A stretch of DNA of 64,000 bases from Nitrospirota bacterium (GCA_963701855.1 CAVPBK010000011.1:64001-128000); one strand, 5' to 3'. Counted from the first letter of the stretch, positions 40,286 to 50,865 are shown. The notes: a model not told the origin generated them from the sequence alone. Made by a program: numbers and translations.

Positions 40286-41146
40286 TTACCCGACGGTGGG
40301 ATCGTTGCGGCGGAGATTACTTGCGAGGCCGATCAGCGAAAGACTGAATATGATCCATTTCGAGGGGTCGAAATTGTACCACTGCGGTCCATTGCGAAAG
40401 TCGCGCGCATAGGTGTGATGAAAATTGTGATACCCCTCGCCAAAGCTGACGAAAGAGACCAGCCAGCTATCGCGGCTGCTATCTTTCTTGCTGTAGGGCT
40501 GTGACCCAACCATGTGACAGAGTGAATTGATGGTGAAGGTTGAGTTCAGCACCATGAACATCCGGAAGAGACCACCCAAGAGAAAGGCGCTGATGCCGCC
40601 CTGCAGGCCGCCGTGCCAAATACCAAGGACGAAAGGGAGCAGCAGCCCCGTGACCACAATCGGCCAGTAGTAGCGATCTTGCCATATGACGACAGGGTCG
40701 CGGCGCAAACGGATCTCGTATTTATCCTTGCGATGAATGCTATTGTAAAAGAGCCAGCCACAGTGGCTGTGCCAGAATCCCTTGCTTGCATTGTAGGGAT
40801 CTTCTTCTTCGTCCGTCTTGGCATGATGGCGGATATGGTCGCTGCCCCACTTGAGGGCAGAATTTTGCAGCGCCCAACCTCCGGCGACGAGAATACAGGC
40901 CTTGACCCAGTTCGGGCATTCGAAGCTCTGATGCGACACCAGCCGATGATAGCCGACGGTGATGCCCATGCCTGTGACGACGTACATGACAAAGAACAGT
41001 ATCCAATCGAAGCGGCTGAATCCGTAGTAGTAACCGTAGAGTGGGAGACCGATAGTCGAAGCGGCCACGATGGCACAGAATAGAGCAAAGTTTCCCACCG
41101 AAAACGGAGACCTGACCGGTATGGCTTCAGTTGTTGTCGCGAGCAT
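40286..41146 (-). CDS. Delta-9-type membrane fatty acid desaturase
   Basis: His boxes HRLVSH, HIRHH, GEGYHNFHH. Confidence 0.93.
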   Translation of the reverse strand: MLATTTEAIPVRSPFSVGNFALFCAIVAASTIGLPLYGYYYGFSRFDWILFFVMYVVTGMGITVGYHRLVSHQSFECPNWVKACILVAGGWALQNSALKWGSDHIRHHAKTDEEEDPYNASKGFWHSHCGWLFYNSIHRKDKYEIRLRRDPVVIWQDRYYWPIVVTGLLLPFVLGIWHGGLQGGISAFLLGGLFRMFMVLNSTFTINSLCHMVGSQPYSKKDSSRDSWLVSFVSFGEGYHNFHHTYARDFRNGPQWYNFDPSKWIIFSLSLIGLASNLRRNDPTVG

Positions 41147-41307
41147 GACCTCTCCTTAAAATACACACATCTTTCGTAGCATTAGGCTGAGCTATGGGAA
41201 GGCTGTACTAGGCGTAGTGCAGCATACCGAAATCTTGAGAATGTTTCAAGCGAATGTTCACAGTGTATACTGACGGTACCCCCAGCCTTATTGCCAGTGA
41301 GGTGCAG

Positions 41308-44271
41308 ATGCCGGAAATTTCCTCACCCTTCGAACCTATCGTGTACCGTATCGGTGAACAGCTCGCCCGGCTCTCTGCCGGTCGAACTCCAACACTTTTT
41401 GAGGGCCGCTGGTGGTCGCACACTGCGCTCAACCTGGCCATGCAAGACAGCCTCTTCAAGGCCCAGCTGTTTCGATTCATCGATGTCCTGCCTTCGATCA
41501 CAGAAGACGAACAGGTGGTCACGCTGGCTCGCGAGTACTTGGGGGATGGAGCTCCACCGCTCTTCGGCGGCCAATGGGGCCTCAAAGCCATTTCCGCCAC
41601 CAGCCTGGGGGCTCGGCTCACTGGAAAAGCGATCAGAAGCCAGGTCGAGCACATGGCGCGCACCTTCATTGCCGGAGCGACAGTCGAGGAAGCAGCGCCG
41701 CGGTTGACCGATCTGTGGCACCATGGACGAGCCTGGTCGGTTGATTTGCTGGGCGAGGCCACCATCAGCGATCGTGAAGCTGATCAGTACCGCGACCGCT
41801 GTATGGATGCCCTGACTCTGCTTGCGCGAGATGCGGCCTCGTGGCCGCCCATTCCTTTACTGGAGCGGGACCATCTCGGACCGGTACCGCGGGTCCAGCT
41901 CTCCATAAAAATCTCCGCCCTCTCTCCGCATCTTGACCCGATCGACCCGGAAGGAAGTTACCGTTCGGTAGGGATGCGGCTTCGACCTATTCTCGATCTG
42001 GCAATGCGCCTCCCCGCTTCATTGATCTTCGATATGGAACAAGCCGATACGAAAACCTTGCTGGTGGAGATTTTTACCAGGCTCTTCACGGAGCCTTCCT
42101 ACAAGGACTATCCCTATGCGGGGCTCGCGTTGCAGGCCTACCATCTTGAAACAAAACGCGATATCGAAAAACTTCTGGGTTGGGTTCGCCGACGTGGGAC
42201 GCCCATTACCATTCGATTGGTGAAAGGGGCCTACTGGGACTCGGACACGATCCGCTATCGGCAACGAGGCTGGACTACTCCTCTCTTTGAACATAAGGTG
42301 GAGACGGATGCCAACTATGAGTCGCTCGCATATCTCATGTTATCCCAGTCATCGCTCATTCGACCGGCCTTCGGGACGCATAATCTTCGTACGCTGGCAT
42401 ATATAGAGGCGGTTGCGGAATCGCTCAAGCTCCCTCCAGAGACATGGGAATATCAGATGATCTTCGGCATGGCCGAACCCTTTCAGCATGCCGTCATGCA
42501 GTATGGGAGGAGATTGCGGCTCTATACCCCGGTGGGCGAGCTGCTTCCAGGCATGGCCTATCTCGTACGGCGATTACTGGAAAATACCTCGAACGAATCA
42601 TTCCTACGCAAGGAGTATGTAGAATCTCACCCATTGAGCACGTTGCTGGCTCCGCCCGTTCTTGCGGAGCCGAGTCAGAAGCAGCCCCTCGTGTCTCATT
42701 GCGCCGAGATGCAGGAGTTTCGAAATGAACCGCAGCGGAATTTTGCGCAGGCCGATAGCCGCGCGGCAATGCAGCAAGCCCTGGCGACCGTGCGGTCGCA
42801 ACTGGGCCGACAATGGACTTTGTCGCCCCGGGGGCTGAGCCTGACGGGGCCTCTTATCGAGTCGCGCAACCCGGGACGTCCGGATGAAGTCGTGGGCCGG
42901 TTGTCTAGTGCGAGTTCTGTGGATGTCGAACAGGCAATCCACCGAGCGGTTCAAGCAAGGGAATCCTGGCGTGACGCCACAACAGAGCGACGGGTGGACA
43001 TTCTGCGTGCTGCAGCTACGCTCATGCGGACGCGGCGCGATGAATTGGCGGCATGGGAAATAATGGAATGTGGGAAGCCCTGGAGGGAGGCAGATGCGGA
43101 TGTTGCGGAGGCGATCGACTTTCTGGAATTTTATGCCGCGGACTGGCGCAGGCTCGCCTCCCCAAAGCGGTTAGGACAAGAGCCTGGTGAGCTGAACCAG
43201 CGTCTTTATAGCCCTCGCGGGGTGACGGCCGTTATCGCTCCGTGGAATTTTCCGCTGGCGATTCCCACCGGCATGGTGTCGGCGGCGCTCGTGACCGGGA
43301 ATCCCGTCATCTTCAAACCCTCCGAGCGCTCGCCAATGATGGGACATTGGCTCACGGAGATCTTGCAGGAGGCCGGTCTGCCTGAAGGAGTACTCTGCTG
43401 TCTGCAGGGCGGACCGGATATCGGACGCGCGCTGCTGCACCATCTCGATATAGCCACGATTGCCTTTACCGGTTCGAAAGACGTGGGGCTCGGCCTTCTG
43501 AAAGATGCCGGTACTCTGATGCCGGACCAACATATGATCAAACGCGTGCTGGCCGAGATGGGAGGAAAAAATGCGATCATTGTGGATGAGACGGCGGATC
43601 TCGATGACGCGATCACCGGAGTGGTCTCCTCGTTCACTGGCTATTCAGGACAGAAATGTTCAGCTTGCTCGCGGGCGATCGTACACACTGCGATCTATGA
43701 TAGTTTTCTGGATCGTCTCAAGGAGGCGGTGTTGAGCCTAAAGGTTGGAAACCCTGAAGAGCCCGGGACGCAAGTCGGACCGGTGATCGACCGGCGCGCG
43801 CAATCGAAGATTCAGGACTATATCGAGATTGGGAAAAAGGAAGCCCGTCTGCTGATAGAAGGAGCGGTGACGGAACCCGGCTGGTATATCGGGCCGACGG
43901 TGTTCGCGGATGTGGCGCCGGCACATCGAATAGCCCAGGAGGAAATCTTTGGGCCGATCCTTTCCGTCATGAAAGCCGCTTCCTTTGAGGAGGCGCTGGC
44001 CCTGGCGAATTCAACAGCCTATGCCCTCACCGGCGGAGTCTATTCACGAAGCCCGGCTAATCTGGAACAGGCACGGCGGCAATTCGATGTCGGGAATCTC
44101 TACCTGAATCGTCCAATCACCGGCGCGTTAGTCGGCCGGCAACCGTTTGGGGGCCATCGGCTCTCCGGAGTCGGAGCGAAGGCCGGAGGTGAAGAGTACC
44201 TGACGCAATTCGTGGTTACCCGTGTGATCAGCGAGCAGACCCTCCGTCGAGGATTCGCGCCGCCCGAGTGA
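41308..44271 (+). CDS. putA: Bifunctional proline dehydrogenase / P5C dehydrogenase
   Basis: DLLGE, RLVKGAYWD, YLVRRLLENTSN, PWNFP, EMGGKN, GQKCSACS, EEIFGP; GAGG RBS before the ATG at 41308. Confidence 0.96.
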   Translation: MPEISSPFEPIVYRIGEQLARLSAGRTPTLFEGRWWSHTALNLAMQDSLFKAQLFRFIDVLPSITEDEQVVTLAREYLGDGAPPLFGGQWGLKAISATSLGARLTGKAIRSQVEHMARTFIAGATVEEAAPRLTDLWHHGRAWSVDLLGEATISDREADQYRDRCMDALTLLARDAASWPPIPLLERDHLGPVPRVQLSIKISALSPHLDPIDPEGSYRSVGMRLRPILDLAMRLPASLIFDMEQADTKTLLVEIFTRLFTEPSYKDYPYAGLALQAYHLETKRDIEKLLGWVRRRGTPITIRLVKGAYWDSDTIRYRQRGWTTPLFEHKVETDANYESLAYLMLSQSSLIRPAFGTHNLRTLAYIEAVAESLKLPPETWEYQMIFGMAEPFQHAVMQYGRRLRLYTPVGELLPGMAYLVRRLLENTSNESFLRKEYVESHPLSTLLAPPVLAEPSQKQPLVSHCAEMQEFRNEPQRNFAQADSRAAMQQALATVRSQLGRQWTLSPRGLSLTGPLIESRNPGRPDEVVGRLSSASSVDVEQAIHRAVQARESWRDATTERRVDILRAAATLMRTRRDELAAWEIMECGKPWREADADVAEAIDFLEFYAADWRRLASPKRLGQEPGELNQRLYSPRGVTAVIAPWNFPLAIPTGMVSAALVTGNPVIFKPSERSPMMGHWLTEILQEAGLPEGVLCCLQGGPDIGRALLHHLDIATIAFTGSKDVGLGLLKDAGTLMPDQHMIKRVLAEMGGKNAIIVDETADLDDAITGVVSSFTGYSGQKCSACSRAIVHTAIYDSFLDRLKEAVLSLKVGNPEEPGTQVGPVIDRRAQSKIQDYIEIGKKEARLLIEGAVTEPGWYIGPTVFADVAPAHRIAQEEIFGPILSVMKAASFEEALALANSTAYALTGGVYSRSPANLEQARRQFDVGNLYLNRPITGALVGRQPFGGHRLSGVGAKAGGEEYLTQFVVTRVISEQTLRRGFAPPE

Positions 44272-45057
44272 AGCCTTCGGCGGCTTGATGTCATACGATT
44301 CCAATTCCTCCGTGATGTCCGTCACCACACCCCGGTCTTCCACCTGCGAAAGTTCCTGCCGCTCGACATACTTGACCAAGCCCACGCCCTTGGCGAACCA
44401 TGCGGTCATCACATCGGTTCCGATGGCTGTCTTCTTCTCGCCGGAGAGATGAATCTGCATCTGCATGCGCGCTTCCACCTTCACGGCATCCTTGAACGTG
44501 CCGGCCGGCACGGTGACCGATTCCAGCCCTAGTACTGTCGCGTCACCATGCGCTTCGGCCTTTTCGTTGATGCCGTCTCGATCCAGATCTGTGCCGAAGT
44601 CCAGATCTTTGCGGTTGAATTGCGGGAAGGACGACGAGACCATCAGCGGGAAGCGCACGATCTGATAAGGGACAAGCTGTTTCTCAAAAGGCGTACCCGG
44701 TTCCGAGCCATAATAGACGATGCCGACGATATCGCGCCGGTAGAAACTATCCGAAGGGCCATGGTTGCCTGGATTAGTATCGTGAAATACGGTGACCGTC
44801 ATGCCCTTGATAGTTTTTGTGCCGGTGACCGAGGACACGTTGGAGAAAAACTTATGCTCGATCGTTTGTAGAGGCCCTTCAGTAATCTGGCCACGATAAT
44901 GCCATTCGTTTCCGATTTGATCGGGGAAATAGTCGGCGGATTGGGCAATGACGCCGGCGTTTTCCGTTGCACGGGATACTGAAAAGGGAGCACAACTGAG
45001 CAGCAGCGCTGTGCCCACGAGAACAGCCCATCGGTATCCCGGTTTCTTCAGCGGCAT
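44128..45057 (-). CDS. Exported hypothetical protein, beta-rich, possible lipoprotein
   Basis: Signal-like segment ending LLSC; YFP...GNEWHY, E.VTVPAGTF and WFAKGVGLVK motifs. Confidence 0.8.
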   Translation of the reverse strand: MPLKKPGYRWAVLVGTALLLSCAPFSVSRATENAGVIAQSADYFPDQIGNEWHYRGQITEGPLQTIEHKFFSNVSSVTGTKTIKGMTVTVFHDTNPGNHGPSDSFYRRDIVGIVYYGSEPGTPFEKQLVPYQIVRFPLMVSSSFPQFNRKDLDFGTDLDRDGINEKAEAHGDATVLGLESVTVPAGTFKDAVKVEARMQMQIHLSGEKKTAIGTDVMTAWFAKGVGLVKYVERQELSQVEDRGVVTDITEELESYDIKPPKASLGRRESSTEGLLADHTGNHELRQVLFTSGLRSDSGEPMAPKRLPAD

Positions 45058-45346
45058 GTGCGAGATCCTCCACTGGTTACACTCTAGGAGCCTGTCCGGC
45101 ATAGACCGTTCTACTGCGGCGAACGCTCCGCAACCATCTGCGTCGTTCTCGGCCCTGAAAAACCCTCAATGTATTCCAGTGAATACGCTTCCGGTTTTTG
45201 CTGGCCTTGCGCCGTTCATCTGGCCGCATCTCCTTCGCCTCGTCACGAAGGCAATATCGGACAGGCTCCTTGGTGACCGTACCATAGCAATCCTGGAGGC
45301 GGCAAGGGAATGAGTCGTCCGGTAGTGGGTCAGTAATAAAATCTGT

Positions 45347-45928
45347 TCAAGAATTGGCAGCCCTGTGTTCCTCACGCGCTGCGCTCCAGACTTCCCGTGC
45401 GGCATCGGCGTTCATCGCCGCGATGCCGAGCCCAACGATCAGATCGGGCCATCCCGAAAGCGTATAGGCCGTGACAAACCCCGTCGCGATGATTGCGACA
45501 TTTGCCAAGGCATCATTTCGAGCTGACAGGAACGCCGCTCGTGTCAAACTGCCGCTATGTGCCCGCAAATGTACCAGCATGAACGCGCACGACAGATTGA
45601 TAGCCAGGGCACCGGCACCAGCCAGCGACAGGGGAAGCGCGGCAGGCGGCAACGGCGCCAAGAACTTCTCCCATGCCATCCAGAATGTAGCGATGCCGGG
45701 TATCAACAGGATGCCGGCAAGGGCCATTCCCACACGAGCCCGGTTGGTTGCACTCCATCCAAGCGCTATGGCAATCAAAAAATTAACTGAGGCATCTTCT
45801 AAAAAATCGACGCTATCCGCAAACAGCGCGACTGAGCTGATGGCGAGGGCCACAGCGAACTCGACTCCAAAATAGGCCAGGTTCAGAATAGCAACAATAA
45901 TGACAGCTTTTCGTAGATTCGCGATCAT
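45347..45928 (-). CDS. Short cation diffusion facilitator (CDF) family transporter
   Basis: SVALFADSVDFLED, AAFLSARNDALAN, WPDLIVG. Confidence 0.88.
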   Translation of the reverse strand: MIANLRKAVIIVAILNLAYFGVEFAVALAISSVALFADSVDFLEDASVNFLIAIALGWSATNRARVGMALAGILLIPGIATFWMAWEKFLAPLPPAALPLSLAGAGALAINLSCAFMLVHLRAHSGSLTRAAFLSARNDALANVAIIATGFVTAYTLSGWPDLIVGLGIAAMNADAAREVWSAAREEHRAANS

Positions 45929-46058
45929 TCCCCAGCTCCAGCAACGTCCTTCGTTTAGAAGGCCGACAATACAGTCGAGGTCGCCAGATATCAAACTGAC
46001 CCACTATCAATCGTCCCTGCAGACTTGCCTTCACGCGATATCCCACCCATAATCAACC

Positions 46059-46180
46059 GGTCTATTTGGTCTATCTGGTCTGTCTAATTTGTCTTGTTTA
46101 ACCAAATAAACGAAATAGACCAGATAGACCAAATCAACCAAATAGACCAGATCAACCAGATGAACCAAACAAACCAAAGA
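46059..46180. repeat. 9-mer imperfect palindromic tandem array
   Basis: tctatttgg tctatctgg ... then nine units of (a/g)acca(a/g)at(a/c)-like sequence. Confidence 0.85.
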
Positions 46181-46894
46181 GATGCGGTGCTAGTGACCGG
46201 CGCGTCCGGAGGGATTGGTCGAGCGATTTGCCTGGCTTTTGCGGCGGCCGGCTGGTCTGTCGGGATTCACTATCATCGAAACAAGGCAGCAGCTGAGAGA
46301 ACACTCACACAGGTGGTAGCCATCGGTGCAACCGGAGCGCTCTATGAAACCGATATTCGCGAATGGCATGCGGTGGAACAAATGGTGGAAGCTTCCTGCC
46401 GCCAGGTGCCTGCACCATCGGTGTTTATCTGCAATGCCGGAATTGGAGGGAGTCATCTCCTGCTTCGACAACGGGAAGAAGATTGGGCTGAGGTGATCGC
46501 CACGAATCTGACCGGAACATTTCACTGCCTTCGCGCGATGGCCCCTCCCCTCCTCCTTCGCGGCGGTGGATCGATCGTCGTGATTGGCTCGCACACCGGA
46601 TTCCATGGTTCGATTGGGCAGTCCGCCTACGCAGCATCAAAAGCCGGTCTCATTGGTCTGGTACACACCGCCGCCCAAGAGTGGGGAGCAGGCAACATCC
46701 GTGTGAATCTCCTCTTGCCTGGCTGGCAGAAGACGGAGCTATCCAAAGGCGCCATGCCGGCAGACAATAGCTGGAGCGGCCATGCGTTGGGCCGGCCACC
46801 GTCACGAGAAGAAGTAGCCAAAACGGTGTTGCATCTGGCGCAACTTAACGATGTGTCGGGACAGGTTTGGAACTGTGATAGCCGACTCCTCTAG
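46160..46894 (+). CDS. SDR oxidoreductase, FabG-like
   Basis: TGASGGIG, NAG, YAASK. Confidence 0.9.
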   Translation: MNQTNQRDAVLVTGASGGIGRAICLAFAAAGWSVGIHYHRNKAAAERTLTQVVAIGATGALYETDIREWHAVEQMVEASCRQVPAPSVFICNAGIGGSHLLLRQREEDWAEVIATNLTGTFHCLRAMAPPLLLRGGGSIVVIGSHTGFHGSIGQSAYAASKAGLIGLVHTAAQEWGAGNIRVNLLLPGWQKTELSKGAMPADNSWSGHALGRPPSREEVAKTVLHLAQLNDVSGQVWNCDSRLL

Positions 46895-47020
46895 CAGAAT
46901 GCTGAAAAAGCCCGCCAGCTTCGTTCTCGCATCGTTCAGGTCCTCAACGTACCCGAGAGGGTACGCCTCCGGTCCTTCACTCGCTGCGGCCTTGCTGGAC
47001 GGACTTTTTGAGCATTCTGC
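46894..47020 (+). repeat. Structured repeat, family A, copy 2
   Basis: Terminal IR gcagaatgct...agcattctgc; central hairpin cgtaccc-GAGA-gggtacg. Confidence 0.85.
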
Positions 47021-47062
47021 GGGAGAACTTCAGTTGTGCAAGACTGATGGGCCAAGGAAGAT

Positions 47063-47884
47063 ATGCTTCTAGCCAAACGACACCCTCACGATTCTGTCCC
47101 GCGAGGAGTCTTTATCACAGCGACCGATACTGGCGTCGGAAAAACGCTCATCACCTCTGCGCTCGCGATATGTCTGACTCGACGGGGGATTGATGTCGGG
47201 GTCATGAAGCCGATTGAGACAGGGGTCTCGCGATCGGCCAAGGCTCAGTCTGATGGAGCGCGGTTGCGAAGTGCGGCTGGAAGCCATGATCCGATGGCAG
47301 AAGTCAGTCCCTATGTCTTCCGACTTCCAGTGGCGCCACTCTCTGCCGCGCGAGCGGAAGGGAAAGCCGTGCTGGTGGCGACCATCATGCGGGCCTTCCA
47401 TGCCCTGCGTCAGAAACATACATTTGTGGCTGTAGAGGGAGTTGGCGGCATAGAGGTACCTATCACACAGTCACTTAACGTATTGGACCTCATCTATCAG
47501 ATGAAGTTGTCGGCCATTGTGGTTGGACAATCTGGCTTGGGGGGAATCAATCACGCGTTGTTGACGCTTCACGCGCTCCGCCGACAAAAGATTCCGATCG
47601 TGGCGTTGGTATTGAATCAACGTCACCCGGTGCGTACGAAGATTGCTCGCCTGCAAGAACAGTCGACCGTGAATCTCCTCAGCCTACTTGCTGGGATTCC
47701 AGTGGTAGGTCCGCTCCCTTACAGCCAGCACCTGAATCGCAATTGGAACGATGGGCTGGTCCGCCTTGCGGGAACTGCTCCGATTACTAGGCTGGCGAGG
47801 CTAGTCCTAGCCCGCATTATTCATGAAGGTTCCTCGCGAACGCGTGCAGAAGCGAAACGGGCACTCGAAGGCGTGAAGCCCTGA
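47063..47884 (+). CDS. bioD: Dethiobiotin synthase
   Basis: FITATDTGVGKT, KPIETG, EGVGG, LGGINHALLT. Confidence 0.94.
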   Translation: MLLAKRHPHDSVPRGVFITATDTGVGKTLITSALAICLTRRGIDVGVMKPIETGVSRSAKAQSDGARLRSAAGSHDPMAEVSPYVFRLPVAPLSAARAEGKAVLVATIMRAFHALRQKHTFVAVEGVGGIEVPITQSLNVLDLIYQMKLSAIVVGQSGLGGINHALLTLHALRRQKIPIVALVLNQRHPVRTKIARLQEQSTVNLLSLLAGIPVVGPLPYSQHLNRNWNDGLVRLAGTAPITRLARLVLARIIHEGSSRTRAEAKRALEGVKP

Positions 47885-47985
47885 GGCATAATCGTGCAGT
47901 ATATCGTCGAAGGGCTGAACGGCGAAACCGCCTGTCACAGCCGCGTATCCGCGCTTGCAGCAGAAGCGTCAAGAATCATGCGGGC

Positions 47986-48618
47986 TCACATCTGGGCGAG
48001 GAACGTTTTCACAGCGTGGCTGATATCCGGGGCCTTGAGAATTGCCGAGATAACCGCAACGCCATTTGCGCCGGCTCGCATCACCTCACCAAACTGGTCG
48101 ATCTGAATGCCACCAATCGCAAAAACGGGTAGTGATGTGAGCGACCGTATCGCACGTAATCCCTCAAGCCCAACCACCGGGTCGTGATCCTGTTTGGAGC
48201 CGGGTGTGAAGATGGGACCAAAGCCAAGATAGTCCGGTTTCCCGGCAGTGGCTTCCCGCACCTGATCGGGATTATGCGTGGAGATCCCAATCAGTTTGTC
48301 CGGGCCCATCACCTTCCTCGCCAAGTCGAGAGGCAAGTCTCCCTGACCCAGGTGTACGCCATCGGCATCCACGGCCAGAGCCAAGTCACAGCGATCGTTC
48401 ACGATGAAAAGCGCGCCTGCCTTCGCAGCAGCTTGTCGGAGCGCCAAGGCCTCCGCATAGGCTTGCTTCATCGATGCGGACTTGTTGCGGTATTGAAAGA
48501 GGGAGGCGCCGGCCTCAGCTGCAGTTCTCAGCACCTCGACCAAGGGACGCGAAGGATAGACCGACGGATCGAGAATGATATAGAGGCCAGAGAGGGAGTG
48601 AGAACGGGCGGCATTCAT
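47986..48618 (-). CDS. thiE: Thiamine phosphate synthase
   Basis: QYRNK, IVNDR.D.A, GVHLGQGD, STH, AIGGI, AVISAI. Confidence 0.95.
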   Translation of the reverse strand: MNAARSHSLSGLYIILDPSVYPSRPLVEVLRTAAEAGASLFQYRNKSASMKQAYAEALALRQAAAKAGALFIVNDRCDLALAVDADGVHLGQGDLPLDLARKVMGPDKLIGISTHNPDQVREATAGKPDYLGFGPIFTPGSKQDHDPVVGLEGLRAIRSLTSLPVFAIGGIQIDQFGEVMRAGANGVAVISAILKAPDISHAVKTFLAQM

Positions 48619-48631
48619 GAAGATCGTTATG

Positions 48632-48712
48632 TAGTTTATATCGTTTGTCTGGTTTCTCTGGGTCAAGCAACAGGCCAGACCCGATAGACCAGAGAAACTG
48701 GATAAAGCAAGC
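48632..48712. repeat. Degenerate 9-mer palindromic array
   Basis: tttatatcg tttgtctgg tttctctgg ... gaccagaga aactggata. Confidence 0.6.
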
Positions 48713-48744
48713 GAACCCATCGCGCACGAGCGTAAAGAGCAGGA

Positions 48745-49233
48745 TCACTTCTTACTGCAGGCCACTTTCCAAAGAGATCGATTGATGGTACGCGGTACAG
48801 CCGGTTCCCAGGGCAATTGCTCAGTGGTACTGTACACCACGTTACCGTTTCCCATGTTGCCCGAGAACCACGTATACCCAAGCATGCGTGTGCGCTCTTC
48901 TGCGCAATCGTATTCATTAAATCGCTTGATAGACAAGAACGAATCGCCCGCCACCGTTTGAACGGTTTTGTAGTCGTACAATTGCCACATCTTCGCCAGA
49001 TTTCCATTGCGGCGAAGGGTAGCGGGATCGACATATACGGCCAATCCGGCTTCGTCGTCGCCACTCGTCAACACCCACTCCGCATACACTGGCCCGCTAC
49101 TCAGCGCCAGGAGCGCGATCAGGAACCAGAAACTCAACAAGCAGGCCTGTGACAACTTGAGGAATAGGCTCGCGCTGTAGACTGCAGCGCAGGGAACAGG
49201 GACGCGACGGTAGGTGCCAATCGTAAAAGGCAT
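48745..49233 (-). CDS. Surface-adhesin E-like exported protein
   Basis: Hydrophobic signal ending VYA-EW; YVDP.T.RR.G...KMW.L.D and EYDC; terminal Cys. Start uncertain. Confidence 0.75.
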   Translation of the reverse strand: MPFTIGTYRRVPVPCAAVYSASLFLKLSQACLLSFWFLIALLALSSGPVYAEWVLTSGDDEAGLAVYVDPATLRRNGNLAKMWQLYDYKTVQTVAGDSFLSIKRFNEYDCAEERTRMLGYTWFSGNMGNGNVVYSTTEQLPWEPAVPRTINRSLWKVACSKK

Positions 49234-49366
49234 AGGGGCCTCGTAGGGTGGCGTATTCTAAGAGGGTCGAGATCGAGGATGCAAGGATCAATAAATAACT
49301 CTACGCAACTTGGCTGGGCTGCTGGTATAGTAGGAGCAGAAACTCCGTCGTTAAAGGAGGGAGCCC

Positions 49367-49591
49367 ATGAAAACCAAACATTCTGATGCTCAGCATGTGG
49401 TGGGGCGGAACCTGTCGCCTGAGCCTGAGTCCATGCAGAAATATTCGGACAAGGTGAGGGAGTTGATTGCGAAGAAAGCCTACGAACTCTATGAGCAACG
49501 AGGGCGGCAGGGAGAACGCGACCTGGAAGACTGGTTACAAGCTGAGGAACTAGTCCGCAAGGAAATGAACACCCGCCGTACTACTCCCTAG
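49367..49591 (+). CDS. DUF2934-domain protein
   Basis: IAKKAYELYEQRG......DWLQAE; AGGAGG RBS. Confidence 0.88.
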   Translation: MKTKHSDAQHVVGRNLSPEPESMQKYSDKVRELIAKKAYELYEQRGRQGERDLEDWLQAEELVRKEMNTRRTTP

Positions 49592-49678
49592 CTCCCTGAT
49601 TGGAGTATAGGACGGAGCTCTTTGGATGATGTCCTATCCTCACACAACGCGCATAACTCATGACAGATTGAGTGATGA

Positions 49679-50650
49679 TTACCAGGCGTAGGCTTCTGGT
49701 GCGGACCCGCCTGGGCCGGGAAAGATCGCATCAAGCCGTTTCAGTGTTTCCTGACTCAATGTAAGACTCAGAACCGACATCGTGCCGTTCAATTGCTCCA
49801 TTGTGCGTGGTCCGATGATCGGCGCTGTCACGGCCTTTTGGTGCAACAGCCAGGCGAGCGCCACATCGGCCGGGCGTTCTCCGAGTTGTGCGCAGAGCGC
49901 CTCATAGGCTTCCAGCTTAGGGCGATATGTCTCGATATCTTTCTTCAAATCTTCGTTCGCGCGTCGACCGATCTTCGCCGGTTCCAAGGCCCCGGCCAAT
50001 AGTCCGCGTGCAAGCGGACTCCAGGGAATCAGACCGATGCCATAGGCCTCACAGGCAGGAATCACTTCTAACTCGATCGTCCGCTCGTTCAAATTATAGA
50101 GACTCTGCTCCGACACGAGGCCGACAAAGTGGCGGCTTCGCGCCAGCTCTTGCGCCTGAGCTACGTGCCAGCCGGCAAAATTGCTGCTGCCGACGTATAA
50201 AACCTTGCCTTCCCTGACCAACTGTTCCATTGCCTGCCAGATTTCCTCCCACGGCGTCTCCCGATCGACGTGATGCATCTGATACAAGTCGATGCAGTCA
50301 GTCTGAAGGCGCCGCAGGCTCGCCTCGCAAGCCCGCTTGATGTGCAGGGCCGACAAGCGAGACTGATTCGGCCATGCGCCCATCCGGCCGAACACCTTCG
50401 TTGCCAGCACGACTTTCTCACGCCGTCCCCCGCCCTGGGCGAACCAACGCCCCACAATCTGCTCCGTCCACCCCTCCCCTACCTTCCATCCATAGACGTC
50501 CGCCGTATCGAAAAAGTTAAGGCCCAGCTCCAGCGCCCGGTCCATGATGGCAAAACTATCCGCCTCGTTCGTCTCCGGCCCGAAGTTCATCGTGCCAAGG
50601 CAGAGGCGGCTGACTTTCACTCCTGACCGACCAAGATGAACGTATTGCAT
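49679..50650 (-). CDS. Aldo/keto reductase
   Basis: LGTMNFG, FDTADVYG, SLRRLQTD.IDLYQMH, PWSPLARG. Confidence 0.95.
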   Translation of the reverse strand: MQYVHLGRSGVKVSRLCLGTMNFGPETNEADSFAIMDRALELGLNFFDTADVYGWKVGEGWTEQIVGRWFAQGGGRREKVVLATKVFGRMGAWPNQSRLSALHIKRACEASLRRLQTDCIDLYQMHHVDRETPWEEIWQAMEQLVREGKVLYVGSSNFAGWHVAQAQELARSRHFVGLVSEQSLYNLNERTIELEVIPACEAYGIGLIPWSPLARGLLAGALEPAKIGRRANEDLKKDIETYRPKLEAYEALCAQLGERPADVALAWLLHQKAVTAPIIGPRTMEQLNGTMSVLSLTLSQETLKRLDAIFPGPGGSAPEAYAW

Positions 50651-50715
50651 AAGCAAGATTCCTTCTCACAGAGGCGAATGAGATATCGTGCACAGATGGA
50701 ACGGAGGGAGAACAC

Positions 50716-50865
50716 TCACGGCTCTTCCTCTTCAATGTCCTCGATCGACTGTTTGAGCGCCGCAACAAAGGCCACCGGCTGAGCCAGAGCGTTCTCCGTC
50801 AATTGGAATTCAGAGACCAGCACACCGGCCTTGTCGACAATGATCAATCGATAGCCTGGTTTCAC
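50716..50865 (-). CDS. Small hypothetical protein
   Basis: GTG start after AGAGGG; 49 aa with acidic tail; co-oriented upstream of the AKR gene. Confidence 0.55.
   Translation of the reverse strand: MKPGYRLIIVDKAGVLVSEFQLTENALAQPVAFVAALKQSIEDIEEEEP

Noticed and set aside
46059..46180. 9-mer arrays and the 204-bp duplication as CRISPR arrays
   Set aside because: No constant repeat with unique spacers, and no cas genes.
49160..49233. PilZ-like N-terminal remnant on the adhesin E-like gene
   Set aside because: Resemblance covers about 20 aa and rests on recall only.
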